This document shows positions 52,548 through 64,000 of a DNA stretch of 64,000 nucleotides, one piece after another (positions within the stretch are counted from its first letter, which is position 1; each line of letters starts with the position of its first letter). Below the pieces are notes generated by a model. It was not told where the DNA came from and did not search any database. It saw only the letters and a list, made by a program, of their open reading frames with translations. Made by a program: the position numbers and the translations under genes. The DNA lies in the NCBI GenBank assembly GCA_973895155.1, contig OZ316892.1, forward strand, positions 21,081,619 through 21,145,618. Direction: 5' to 3'. The stretch comes from Marsupella aquatica (lineage: Eukaryota > Plantae > Marchantiophyta).

Positions 52548-55500
52548 ATGAGTGATTCGGAGGAGTTTTTTGAAGACGTGGAACTTGAAGCACGAGGATC
52601 ACCACGGCGGTTTGAGGGACAGAGAGAGGAGCAAGAGGAAGAGCACGAGACACCGATACCATCACCGGTGCGGCGTGTGGTGGAGGAAGCAGTACTACTA
52701 CCGGAGCTCACGGTAGTGCCAAAGAAGAAGATGGGGACTTTCAAGCTTGGGGGACCCAAGTATGAAGTGACAAAGTATGATGGGCGCTCTGACTACTTGC
52801 TATGGGAGAAGCAGGTGAAGGGAGTGCTCTATACGTCAGGGATGGGCCAACTGCTAAGCCCTCATGAAGACGATGTTGATGAGAAACAATGGGACCGCAT
52901 GTAGGAGCAAGGAGTGTGGTGTGTTACACTCTATCTCATGCCTCCCATCATCAAGCAGTTGGGTGCACATAAGGCGGGACATAAGGATTGCATGTCCTTG
53001 TTTGCGGAATTGCAGAGCAAGTATCACCGCAAGGAGTTGTCAAACCGGCTATACACTTCCTACAAACTGATGAGTTTCAGGATGAAGGAATCCGGTACGA
53101 AGTTGCAAGACCATGTGGATGCTTTCAACGACATGGTCGTTGACTTGGAAAACCTTGGGGAGACTTTGAATGATGAGACGAAGGCTCTGCAGCTTCTTAG
53201 TTCATTGCCTCCATCTTACCAGTCCCTATCACGAGTGTTGTTGCATCGTGATAGGGATATCATTTCATACAATGACGTGGTAAGTTCTCTGCTTAGTGAT
53301 GATCTTCAGCAGAAGATGCACATCACGTCACAGCCTTCATCATTTGGTGTTGCCCTCAATGTTAACCGTGGGAGGAGTATGCAGCGACCAACTGGGGACT
53401 GTAGAACCTAGTTTAGATCTAAATCCAGATCTAAGTCCAGGGGTAAATCCCCTCAGAGGAGGCAGGTGACATGTTGGAAGTGCAACCAAGTTGGACACTT
53501 CAAGCGAGACTGTAAGGGAAAGGCAGCGGAAACTTCATCGGCAAATGTGGCTAGGGCTGATGGAGAAGCTGATTTGCTCAATGATGAGTATGTTTTATGA
53601 AGTCGGGGGTATGCCCTGTGCACGTCATCCAGGAGAGCAGATGATGTATGGATTCTTGATTGTGCTTACTCTTTTTATATTTGTTACATTCGTGAGTTTT
53701 TCAGTTCTTACTCTATTTCAAACGGTTCAGTTCTGATGGGAAATGATCACTCCTATCAAATTGAGGGTATTGGGTCTGTGAAGATTCAAATATTTGATGG
53801 CGTTGTGCGCACAGTGTCCGGAGTCAGGTATGTACCTGGCATGCATAAGAATCTGATTTCACTCGGTGTGTTGGATTCAAATGGTCATCAATGAAGCGTT
53901 ATTGATGGTGAACTTCAAGTCAGATCGGGAGAGACAATGATTTTGAAGGGGAGCAGACAAAAAAAATTGTATGTGTTACAGAGAAATATTGTATGTGGAG
54001 AGGCCAATGTAACCAAGTCTCACGAGGAGATGACTCAACTGTGGCATTCACGGCTAGGCCACATGAGTGAGAAGGGTTTGGCTATCTTACGGAAGAATGG
54101 ACTCATTTCTAATTTGCAATCTTGTAAATTAGAGTTATGTGAGCATTGCATTCTTGGAAAGCAGCTTTTGGTGTTGGAACTCATCGTTCCAAAGCGGTTC
54201 TTGAGTACATACATAGTGACGTGTGGGGTCCATCCTCGACTCCCTCACACTCTGGAAAGTTGTACTATGTATCATTTATTGACGATTACTCAAGATTTGT
54301 GTGGATTTATTTCATGACGCTGATGTCTTGTCCATTTTTAAGAAGTGGAAGGCCCAGGTGGAGAATCAGACTGGAAACATGGTCAAGTGTTTGGATACAA
54401 GGGTGAAGAGTCCGAGGTCAGACAATGACGGGGAGTACACTTCAATGGAATTTGAAGAGTACTGTTTAGAACAGGGGATAACTCACCATCTCACCACAGT
54501 TTATACTCTGCAGCATAATGGTGTCGTTGAGAGGCTCAATCGGACACTGTTGGAGCGGTCACGGAGTATGTTGAGCCAATCAGGTTTACCACAAGAATTT
54601 TGGGCAGAAGCTGTCAATACCGTAGCTTATTTGGTAAATCTTTCTCCTTCTAGTGCTATCAATTTCAAAACGCCGTTTGAGATGCACTATAAGCGGCAAG
54701 CAGACTATCATGGCTTGGTAGTTTTTGGAAGTGATGCATATGCTCTCACACTGAAGCATAATAGGACCAAGTTGGATCCTACCTCCAAGAAATGTGTTTT
54801 TCTTGGGTACCAGAGTGGTGTGAAAGCCTATAGGCTATGGGATCCTATTGCCTGTAAGCTCGTTGTCAGTAGAGATGTTTCCTTCAATGAATCTAGATTA
54901 TTGAAGGAGGGGGAGAATACTCAGGTCTCCCATACTGACAAAGAAAAATCTCCTATCCCGGATCTCGTTGAGGGGGAGATTGGTTATGAGGTGCATGACT
55001 GGAGAGAAGAAGTTGCTCCAATTATGGAGCTGGTTCTTGTGCCAGAGGAACCAGAGGAGTTTGTTGATGCTGGTGAGCAGCAAGTGGATGCTGGTGAGCT
55101 TCAAATTGTACCAGCACACGCAGATCAACCAGAGTCATCGGCTATAAGAGCATCTGGTCGCACTGTACGCACTCCATGAAGGTATGGACAGTGGGTTGAT
55201 TCATCTCAGTTGCAAGAGGAGGATCGATTTTGTTACTGACGATGAGGGTGATGCGTTGATTTTGGAAGAAGGTGAACCTTCTTCATTTCATGAAGCAAGT
55301 GCTTCAAAGGAGAAGCAGGAGTGGACTGCAGCAATGCAAACGGAGATGCAGTCACTGAAGGACAACAAAACTTGGGAGCTTGTCAAGCTGCCTAAGGGAC
55401 AGCAAGTGGTGGACAGCAAGTGGGTATACAAGCTGAAGGATCAGTCCATAGGAGGTGGATCGAAGGTCTACAAGGCTAGGTTGGTAGCCAAGGGATTCAC

Positions 55501-56860
55501 ACAGGAAAAAGGTGTGGATTACAATGAGGTCTTCTCACCAGTTGCTAAGTACTCAACAATACGGCTATTGTGTGTGCTTGTTGTTATGTTTGGTCTGCTA
55601 CTAGATCAGATGGATGTTGTCACAGCTTTCCTCTATGGCACCTTGGAAGAGGTGATCTTCATGAGACAGCCGCTAGGTTTTGTGAAGAAAGGGCAAGAGG
55701 ATTTGGTTTGCAGATTGCTGAGATCCTTGTACGGGTTGAAGCAGTCACCAAGACAGTGGAATAAGCGGTTTGATGATTGGATTCATGCACAAGGCTTTCA
55801 CAGGAGTGTGTTTGACCCATGTGTGTATCTTAAACCGGTGAAGAATGCTGTCTTAGGGTTCATTGTTTTAGTACTTTATGTGGATGACATGCTAATTGCA
55901 GCCAAGGATAGGTCTGAGATTGTTAAGCTCAAGGCACTGCTTAGTGCAGAGTTTAAGATGAAGGACTTAGGGCCAGCTAAGAGGATTTTGGGTATGGAGA
56001 TCACTAGGGACTTGGAGGCTGGCAAGCTATGGTTGACGCAGAGCAGTTATGCGAGGAAGGTAATTGCAAGATTCAACATGGGGAATAGCAATCCAGTAAG
56101 TACCCCGTTGGCTCCACACTTCAAGTTATCATCAGCGTTCTGTCCTACGGATGACACAGAGAAGGGGTTGATGTCAAAGGTTCCGTATGACAAGGCAGTG
56201 GGGAATCTCATGTATTTGATGACTTGCACTAGACCTGATCTTGCCATGGCTATGGGCAAGGTGAGCAAGTACATGTCGAATCCAGGGAAGGTACACTGGG
56301 AAGCAGTGAAGTGGATTATTCGGTATTTGAAGGGTACCGTGGATCATGGTCTATTGTTTGATGCACATGCTGATAATGCTAGATCATTGATGGGCTATGT
56401 AGATGCTGACTATGCACAGGATCTAGATCGGAGGAGGTCAACAACAGGTTATGTGTTCACACTTGGAGGTGGATGCATAAGTTGGAGGTCTACTTTGCAG
56501 AAGTGTATTGCTCAGTCTACTACAGAAGCGGAGTATGTTGCAGCAGCGGAAGCAGCAAAGAAAGCGACTTGGTTGGATAGACTTATCAATGAGATGGGAT
56601 TACCATAGGGGAATGTGAAGCTCCATTGTGATAGTCAGAGTGCACTCCACCTTGCTGTGAACCAGGTGATGGACAGCAGAGTGAAGCACATCGACGTTAG
56701 GTACCATTTTATCAGGCAGGCTGTGTCTAATAATATGTTTGAGCTAGTCAAGATTGACGGTAAACTCAACCCGGCTGACGCTTTTACCAAAGTGATTCCT
56801 TTAGAGAGTTTTTCTAGACACCGTGATGCGTTGCAGGTTTTGCAATTGCCTCACAAGTAG
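52548..56860 (+). pseudogene. Copia gag-pol, disrupted
   Basis: KYDGRSDYLLW; LLSSLPPSY; zinc knuckle CWKCNQVGHFKRDC; WILD protease; LWHSRLGH..CEHC; IHSDVWG, FIDDYSR, RSDNDGEY; YKARLVAKGF, QMDVVTAFL, LYVDDML; YVDADYA, SSTEAEY-like QSTTEAEY, CDSQSA, KHIDVRYHFIR. Several stops and frameshifts. Confidence 0.95.
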
Positions 56861-57040
56861 GGTTACTTAACATTTGTGTAGATACTGAGATATGCTCTTG
56901 CTCATTCCTTGTATAGGCTACGACTTAGTTTTGGTCTACTCTCGTATAAAGAGGGAAAAATTGGTTTGGTTTTTCTTTCCAGAACTTCCCGCTGAGTAGT
57001 CATATTGATAGCAGCCTTTACCCTCACCTAGACCAGAGTC

Positions 57041-57050
57041 AAGGGGGAGA
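57041..57050 (+). other. Polypurine tract
   Basis: AAGGGGGAGA immediately before the 3' LTR. Confidence 0.9.
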
Positions 57051-57051
57051 T

Positions 57052-57397
57052 TGTTAGGATTTACTCTTAGGTCTAGAGTTACGAATGTACCGTAGTTAAG
57101 ACTAACCTTAGTCGCAGACTTGGTTAGGTTAGTCATGCTGTGCACACTCGATAACCAAGCGGTGTTTGCTTGGAGAGGTGGAACTCAGGCTCATTGTTAC
57201 GGAGCCAGTTGAGAGATAGGGAGAGCTTGTGCTGTGGATGCTTGGTATGGCCGGTTGGCCTAGAGTGCAGTAAAGGTCTTCGTGTGTTCCCGTGGACGTA
57301 GCCTCATGTGGAGGTGAACCACGTATCTCTCTGTGTCGACTATTGTGCGTTGGATGGTTCATGGGCTTGCCGTTGCGATCGTTATCTATGCTCAACA
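57052..57397 (+). repeat. 3' LTR (346 bp)
   Basis: Direct repeat of 39768-40112 followed by TSD GGGGA. Confidence 0.97.
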
Positions 57398-57402
57398 GGG
57401 GA

Positions 57403-59272
57403 TGCACAACGTGAACAACAATCTTCAACCTTGGATGTTGGCTGGGAATCCACCTTGCAGGATGCAATTAGCCAACCAATTCCAAGCCATTCTCAACTGG
57501 ATGAGATTTTCTCTACTAAGAAAGCTAGTGGCTGCCATACTCCCCCCCAGGACGAGGCAGGTGCATCGTCCTCTCCCTTGGACCAAATGTTTTGCGCTTC
57601 AGAGAATAAGCTTGTTTTCACAGATTCTTTTACTGGAAGCCCCATAATTCTCCCTTTTGTTAGGAAATTGGGGACTGAAATTGGTAGAACTGGTTACAAA
57701 TCACTCAAAGCAAGTGCTACTCATTATGTTTGGACTAATGGACCGTCAAAAGGTCAACAAGTCAGTATAGAGCAGTCTGAGAATATTATTCGATCTAGAA
57801 AGTATAGGAAGGATAAGTTCAAATTAGTGCCAGTTTGGTCTGAGCCAGCTCTTGTTGAGACCCTTCCCGGAGGGATAAATTTGGACATCCAAAACCAACT
57901 AGGAGATAACCTTCTAGATGAATTTGGGTCTTTCAGCACGTGAGGTTGAAACCCAAGTTAGTTTGAACAGTCCTAAAATTCAACCGTCTAAATTATTATG
58001 TCTACCTTCACAGAAATAGGCGGGCCCTTACCAATTGTGGAGTGTGTCGACAATAATCTCTAAAGATGTCCTGAGATTTCTTCAACTACTGACCTTCAAC
58101 CAACAATAGGTATGACGTTGACTGTTGTTCATTACCTTGTGATGCTCGAGATCGTCTCGAGCATTCCTTTATTTTATCTCCCACAATTCTAACATTGGTG
58201 TTCCTTCTTTGCAGGACCCTTGCCTCCACTTCACGGTCCGATCAGACAGAAGCTATTGATTCTTGACCTCAACAAAATGTGTTGGGATTCTGTCAAAACG
58301 CCAAGTTCCGGACCGCGCCGTAGTGCAACAAGTGTCAAGGGTGTCCACTGGGGGAGACGTGGAGGGTTTAACTTTATGTATGTTGAGCGACCCCATCTTC
58401 ACGAGTTCTTAATTGCAGCTTTTTCGTTATTTGATGTTGCCATTTGGACTTGTGCAAGGAAACCCAGGACGGATGAAATGATTCATTTGATCTTCAGTCA
58501 AGAAGAGCGAGAGCAATTCAAGTTTATTCTCACACAAGAAGATACATTCGATATTGGAATCCAGAGGCCTGACATTACCGATGGGAAGGCAAATATTCAT
58601 TTGAAGGATTTGAGGGTGGTTTGGAAACGTTATGGTGGATTATACGACGAAACTAATACACTCCTTCTTGATGACACTCCAATGAAGGCATTTGCAAATC
58701 CAGAGAATTGTGGGTTGTTTCCTTCCTCATTTTTGCATCACTCCACGGATGATACATTCTTTCCAGAAATACTATGGCCTTTGCTCAGGAAATTGTATCA
58801 TGCCTTCAATCTTCAGCACTACCTTTTTATCAATCATCCAAAGTGGTCTATGATAAATGTTTTAGCGGACAGAGATCAACAGGCTGCCATTTATGCGTTG
58901 TTGATGGAGCAATGGGGTAGTATGGTATGGGTTCATTTGGTTATCCATACAGTCTTGGATGTCACAGCGGACGAAATTCCTTGGGATGTCAAGAATGAAG
59001 TGCAACAATTACCACCAATGGAGGAATTGACGGAGGAGGCGATCAACGACCTTGCAAAGACGTTAATTGGATATCAGTACACAAGACCCTACAGAGACAA
59101 TCATTGGGGATTTGTTTCGGAAGTCTTGAGGTGTAGGGACCTCACCACGAAGTTCTGGAATACGAAGCCTCTCGATTTCTGCAATCGCGATATGAAATAT
59201 GACCTGTCAGGGTCTAGATTTACTTGCTCAAATGAATTCTGCGGGGTGGAGGAGCATGAGATTTGGGTCTAG
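57403..59272 (+). pseudogene. Cargo gene, 3' part: linker exons plus FCP1/NIF-like HAD phosphatase domain (58215-59272)
   Basis: The frame continues SSGDLGD|AQREQQ after Copia removal. KLLILDLNK, ERPHLHEFL..FDVAIWT, HLKDLRVVW, NTLLLDDTPMKAFANPEN. Confidence 0.75.
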
Positions 59273-59949
59273 ATTATCTCGACCCTACACTGAACAGTTA
59301 CAATGTGAGTTGTAGATATACATATTCTTACTCAAAAAAAAGTGAAGCTATGCGTACTATCCATTTGAGTCTAGATGTTGTTGATCCTCTTTTACTTATA
59401 GATATGTTCTCAGAAAAAGGTTATTTGGGTCTTGACCCTATACAAAGGGAATAGCTAGAGATATAGATTCAACAACGGGTCAAAATTATGTGGACCCTAC
59501 ATTTGGGTCGAGATAATCTCGACATAGATTTTTACATAGTAATTGATATACATTCAACAACCGGTCAAAGCCATCTAGAGCCTGCATTGGGGCAGACGTG
59601 GTCTCGACCCTGTAAAAATAGGTTTTTTACTTTTATAATACATCACCGGTTTACCTTCCGTGTTTGTGTAACTTGGTTATCACAGGTCATTTGAATTTAT
59701 TATATTGTCTTATTCTATTTTTTCATTGTTTATATTGTATATAATAAGAACACTTTATTGTCTTTTAATTAATAAGTATTAATAATTGATAACTGAATTA
59801 TTTAATTAATAATTTGGGCATTAGAATTGTAATTTTAGACCTCAAAAAGTGTATATTTGGCCACTAAAATATATGCTTTTGGGGAACAAGTTATAGAACT
59901 TTTGGGGGTAAAATAAGAAATTTGAAGGTCAACTTCTGGACTAGAGAAA

Positions 59950-59972
59950 TTCCAGTTTTAATGAATAGGGTG
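59950..59972 (-). repeat. Right TIR of the outer DNA transposon
   Basis: ttccagttttaatgaatagggtg, inverted match to 29248-29270. Confidence 0.85.
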
Positions 59973-62771
59973 ATAATGCGCATGATGATTTTTGTCATCA
60001 TTCCTATTAAGATTGAAAGACTGAGAGTTCAGGCTAGTGGGATGTAATCCCTGAGCCCAAGGGGTTATAACCGAGCATCTCCAAGTGGGAATGAGTTACT
60101 GGTCATAAGTCCCAAGTGAATTCACCTCACTTTCACACTCCAAAACTGTCATCTGCCTGGGGATGGGGATCTACATTCATAGAGATTGGGCCAAACAACA
60201 ATTTAAAATTTGGGCCGGTGAAACCTCTTTAGGTGATGCCATCTCTTACATGATGGTCAATTATGGTTCTTGGGATGGACTGTATGAAATCCATGAAGAT
60301 TTCCTGCAAGTGCCACCGGTGCCTCCTCGCCCCCATGATTTAGAGTGTTTGTCAGGAGTAGTAGCTTCACTGCAGGCTAGATCGATATTGCTTTAGGCTA
60401 TATCATGGACCCACTGTTTGGTGCCCTGCCAGTACCTCTCCACTGGCCTGTCTTTGGAGTTGTGTCGCAGTAGTTGAATGTCTTGTTTGGCTCCCTCGGT
60501 GCTGGGCTGGCTTCTCTCCTGGTACCGGCCTCTCCGGTCCCCCTGGCTACCCGACCTCTGGTCCACCCGGGTGATGACCCCCTTTTGTGGGCTGCCCACG
60601 GTGTATGCTGGCTTTTTGGATGAATTTCAATGAGTTTTTTCAGGGCCAAAAAAAAAACTGCCATCTGCCCCCTTTTGCCGCTTGCACCATACCTATATCC
60701 ACATTCAAAATTGAGAATGCCCAAGCCAGGCTGCTGGGGTGGTTCCATGGCTCACTCAAAGGGTAATAAACCTATCCATATAGCTCATGCACCATTCAGT
60801 GCCTTTTTTTACTACATTTGTTCACAAGGTCTTTAGCCTAGAGCTATCTGTAAACTGTCATGAAGACACCCAACCTAATCAGACTGTAACTGTAACCACA
60901 GACAAATCCAGAGGACAACACCTGTACCCTAAACCCTAAGCACCTCCTCTTCATGAAGATTCTCACGTTCTTTGTCTATGTAGTCAAGAACACTACATTT
61001 AATAAATCTACACAACAATTCATACTGCATTTAGTTCCATATAAAAATTTGCCTTACTAAACCAATTGTTAAAAAAAATTCATGGGTCTATTTTGATCAG
61101 AAGCAACATGTCATACATCATTGAATTCCTTGAAATCACACTTTAGTGCATCATTTGTTGTTTGGTCCATCCTTTTCCATTTATTGAGCAAGACTGGTCC
61201 AGGGTTAGACAGCATACAGATAGTTTTAACGCCTCACAACTTTCTATAGAAATACAAAAAATAAAATACACATGAGGTTTTCCCAATGGGTTACACTACA
61301 CCTCTATTCTCCTCCCCAATGGGTTACCCTGCACCTCTATTGACCTCCCCTCCCCTGCCCGCCCCTGCCCGCCCCTCCCTTTTGCCTGGGTGGGTCCGTC
61401 TCTGCCCCACAACTTCATCCACAACTTTTGTACTCTCGCCCTCATAAACTTCGCCCGAGCGCCCCCTCTGCCCTCCCCCTCTCTCTGTGCACGACAACGC
61501 AGCCCTCTGAATATTCCGAAATTGGCAGAGAGAGAGAGAGGAGAGAGAGAGATAGGAGTGACCGCCATCGCCAGGAGTTCGCTCTCGACCCCTCACTCTC
61601 GGCTGGCGGCAGAAGACGAGCAACAGTCAAGAGAGCGAAAGCTGGTGGCGGTGTTTAAATTGTATGTTTGACTGACTTACTTCGTGTTACGGAAGGTCTT
61701 TGCTCGATCAGGTACTGTAGCTTCCGGAGTTGTGGAAGTGTCTTGGGGCCAGCGTTTTTCGTGAGCGCGTTCCAGGTTGTCTTTTAGTCCAGAGGTCGCT
61801 TGAATAAATTGCCGTCGTCAGGTCTTTGACGTTATTTGAACAGATGAGACAGGTAGCCGGTTGAGTATTGGTCCTCTTCCTGATTGCATTTTGCACTTTT
61901 CACTTTGCTTGTGGTGTGTGATTTGGTACGGGGCGTCATAATTGCAAGAGTCTGTTGATGAAGTGATGGTACCGACTGGGTAATGAGACAGAGTGTTTAA
62001 GTCGACCTGGGGTGTTGCTCATAGCGAGCAAGGATTTCAGTGGAAATAAATAATTTGTAGGTTGTGTGGATGCTGCATTTGTCATCAGAGTGAACGCCGG
62101 CATCCTTGATGGTGGGTTCTTAGACAGAACCAAATGCTTATTTCTTGGAATTATTGAATGTGGAAAACTTGTTGGAAGTTTGGCGTCGTTGGCGCTATGA
62201 TTCAGTGTGTTTTAGTGATGAAGGTAACCAAATAGCCCTAGAATTGTCATACTCTCTGTTGCTTCGAGTTGCCAGTGCTAGAAGCTGGCAAAAACCCTAC
62301 CCCTTCTCGGAATTAACAGTTCAGCACGTAGGAATCATGTTGTAATTGAAAGCAGTGCCTCCTCAAAAAATCATTGGCATCAAGCTTTTCTTTTCTCGTC
62401 TCATTCTAAGCAAGGAATGGTATTCGCTGGCATTGTAGACTTGCAGCTCCTTCTGCGCATACGAGACCCTTGAATCAACAGAGGGAGAAATGCATGAAAA
62501 GCTCCGTTTAAAAAGTCTACTTGCTTGACTCATAAAGACAAGATCCCCGAACAAGTTCACTGCCATATCGCCGTCGATACAAACTTGTTTAAACAACTAG
62601 GTGGAGGAGGTGGCTAAACTCCCTGTTCCGAAACTGCTGCAGAAAGAGGATGCGGAACTAGTTCTGGAACATTTTGACATGGGGACAAGGGGATGATGGC
62701 ATGGAAGTCGGAGCAGCAGCAGGAGGAGCGGGGGAAGGCGATTGGGCGATCTGAATGAGTCGAGCTGGTTC

Positions 62772-64000
62772 ATGCATTTTTTTGAAATGTGTGCCAGAAG
62801 TGTGTGCTGCACAGCTTCTACGACCCTGTCTCCGTCACCTTGTGTAGGGCGTATTGTGACCTCGCAGTTATGCAGACCCATTTCGTCGGCCCGGAGGGCG
62901 ACATTTGAGCAAGTTTTAACTTTACAATATCCATCACTATTGTCGAGTAGGGCATTTTCTCGGCCACGGCGATGGTTTTTGAGTACTTCGACGTCGTGTG
63001 GAAGTGTTTCGCCTTCCTTGTCATGTTTGAGAGGAGCCCACAATCCCTTGAGCATCCGATTCTGCCGAGTTTTGAATGCGGATGCGAATCCTGAGGTTGA
63101 GGTTGAGGTCGATGCGGAGCCTGAGGCAAATGGACATTCTTCGGAGGTTTTTCCCCTCATCTTTCTATTGTGTTCAGTTTTGCTCTTAGTCAATTACATT
63201 TAACGAGCTTGTGGTAGTCTAGCTACCTTATTCATATGAATTCTGTCTTAGACCGCAGATTTACCCATGAGATATGTTGTTATGTGTCCTTTACATCATC
63301 AGTGTAGCATTGAGGGTTTCAAGCTTCACGCTGTACCATAAACGAAGGCTTCCCGTCACATAGAAATGAGGATGGTAGTCATGGGCTCATCAAAGTCCGG
63401 GCTCGAAGGGATGGTAATAGAAGAACTTTTTCATTATTGGATGTCAAGGGATTAATGAAAAGAATTAATCTGAGTACTCAGGATAATGTGAATATTGTTC
63501 GAGCGAACAACTGCTAGGTTTAGTACAGACCTCCTTCAGGAAAGTGGTTGCTGTAAGTTATGACTAACATCCTTAAGTCGTTTATCTCTTGCTTTAGGTT
63601 ACAGATTTCGCGTCGTGTCGGTAGTCGAGATCTTTCCAATGAGTACTTTGATTACTATCGTATTGGATTAGGGAAAATGTTCCCATCCTCTGCTTGCGAA
63701 CCTACCCTCTTAGTATAGCCAACTGTGGTCTGAATAGATCGGGCATCGCTTGATAAATAGCGTACAGACTTACAAGTTCACAGGCTTGCTGGGACTTGTA
63801 ATGTGTCTCTTCTAGTGTTGGCAGATGCACTTGATACATTGCTTTTACTTAAGGCTCCGAGTAAGAGTTTGCGGATTGGTGGTTTATCTCAGGTAGAACT
63901 TTGGACTGAAAGCGAGGAGAAAGATGTTGCATCTCACATAGAGCAGGTACAACATCAAGAGCAACAACAACAGAAACAGAAGAAAATGCTCCAGAACAGA
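62772..64000 (+). CDS. 5' part of a gene for a probable plastid/mitochondrion-targeted protein; exons 62772-63146 and 63893->64000
   Basis: Ser/Arg-rich, acid-poor N-terminus followed by an acidic segment. Phase-0 intron gag|GT..ctcAG|gta continues open to the window end (VELWTESEEKDVASHIEQ..). GA-rich putative 5' UTR at ~61525. Confidence 0.55.

Larger units (their letters stand above)
39768..57397 (+). mobile_element. Ty1/Copia LTR retrotransposon, ~6.6 kb excluding the nested CACTA
   Basis: TG..CA LTRs, 5-bp TSD GGGGA (39763-39767 / 57398-57402), PBS, PPT and gag-PR-IN-RT-RH order. Confidence 0.97.
29248..59972. mobile_element. Large TIR DNA transposon with Sola-like DDE transposase, ~13.1 kb after removing the nested Copia and CACTA elements
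   Basis: 23-bp TIRs CAGTCTATTCATTAAAACTGGAA / CACCCTATTCATTAAAACTGGAA (21/23 match). Flanks ATGAT|...|ATAAT. AT-rich subterminal regions. The same palindromic motif occurs on both sides of the Copia insertion. Confidence 0.8.

Noticed and set aside
60928-60941. CCCTAAACCCTAA telomere-like motif
   Set aside because: It has only two units, so it is at most a telo-box and not a telomeric array.
62597-63193. 198-aa minus-strand ORF
   Set aside because: It is the antisense shadow of the plus-strand transit-peptide exon, which has better splice support.

Overview
Intron-containing land-plant nuclear DNA (gene content suggests a bryophyte, possibly a liverwort; this is inference). The first 28 kb holds a frameshifted CRE-like RLE-type non-LTR retrotransposon and four host genes: F-box/kelch, secreted SMP-30/gluconolactonase-like, CYP21-4-like cyclophilin and chloroplast FKBP13. 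An organelle-targeted gene starts at the far right. Positions 29248-59972 are three nested transposons, each with visible termini. (1) The outer element is a ~13 kb TIR DNA transposon with a Sola-like DDE transposase broken by a 441-bp internal inversion. It carries a divergent cargo gene combining a ParB-like domain, a prokaryotic-type N4/N6 DNA-methyltransferase fold and probably an FCP1-like HAD phosphatase. It also carries ~20 copies of a CTCGAG-N5-CTCGAG palindrome not seen elsewhere in the window. (2) A Copia element (345/346-bp LTRs, TSD GGGGA) splits that cargo gene. (3) An 11-kb CACTA-type element (TIR CACAACTACATTT, TSD AGA) sits in the Copia leader. It has an apparently intact transposase, a SET-domain exon that can share the transposase's first exon, a BRCT gene and dense ACGT-motif clusters. 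The two DNA transposons with chromatin- or DNA-modifying cargo and element-specific motifs are the main candidates for an undescribed system. All domain calls come from visual motif recognition, not database searches.
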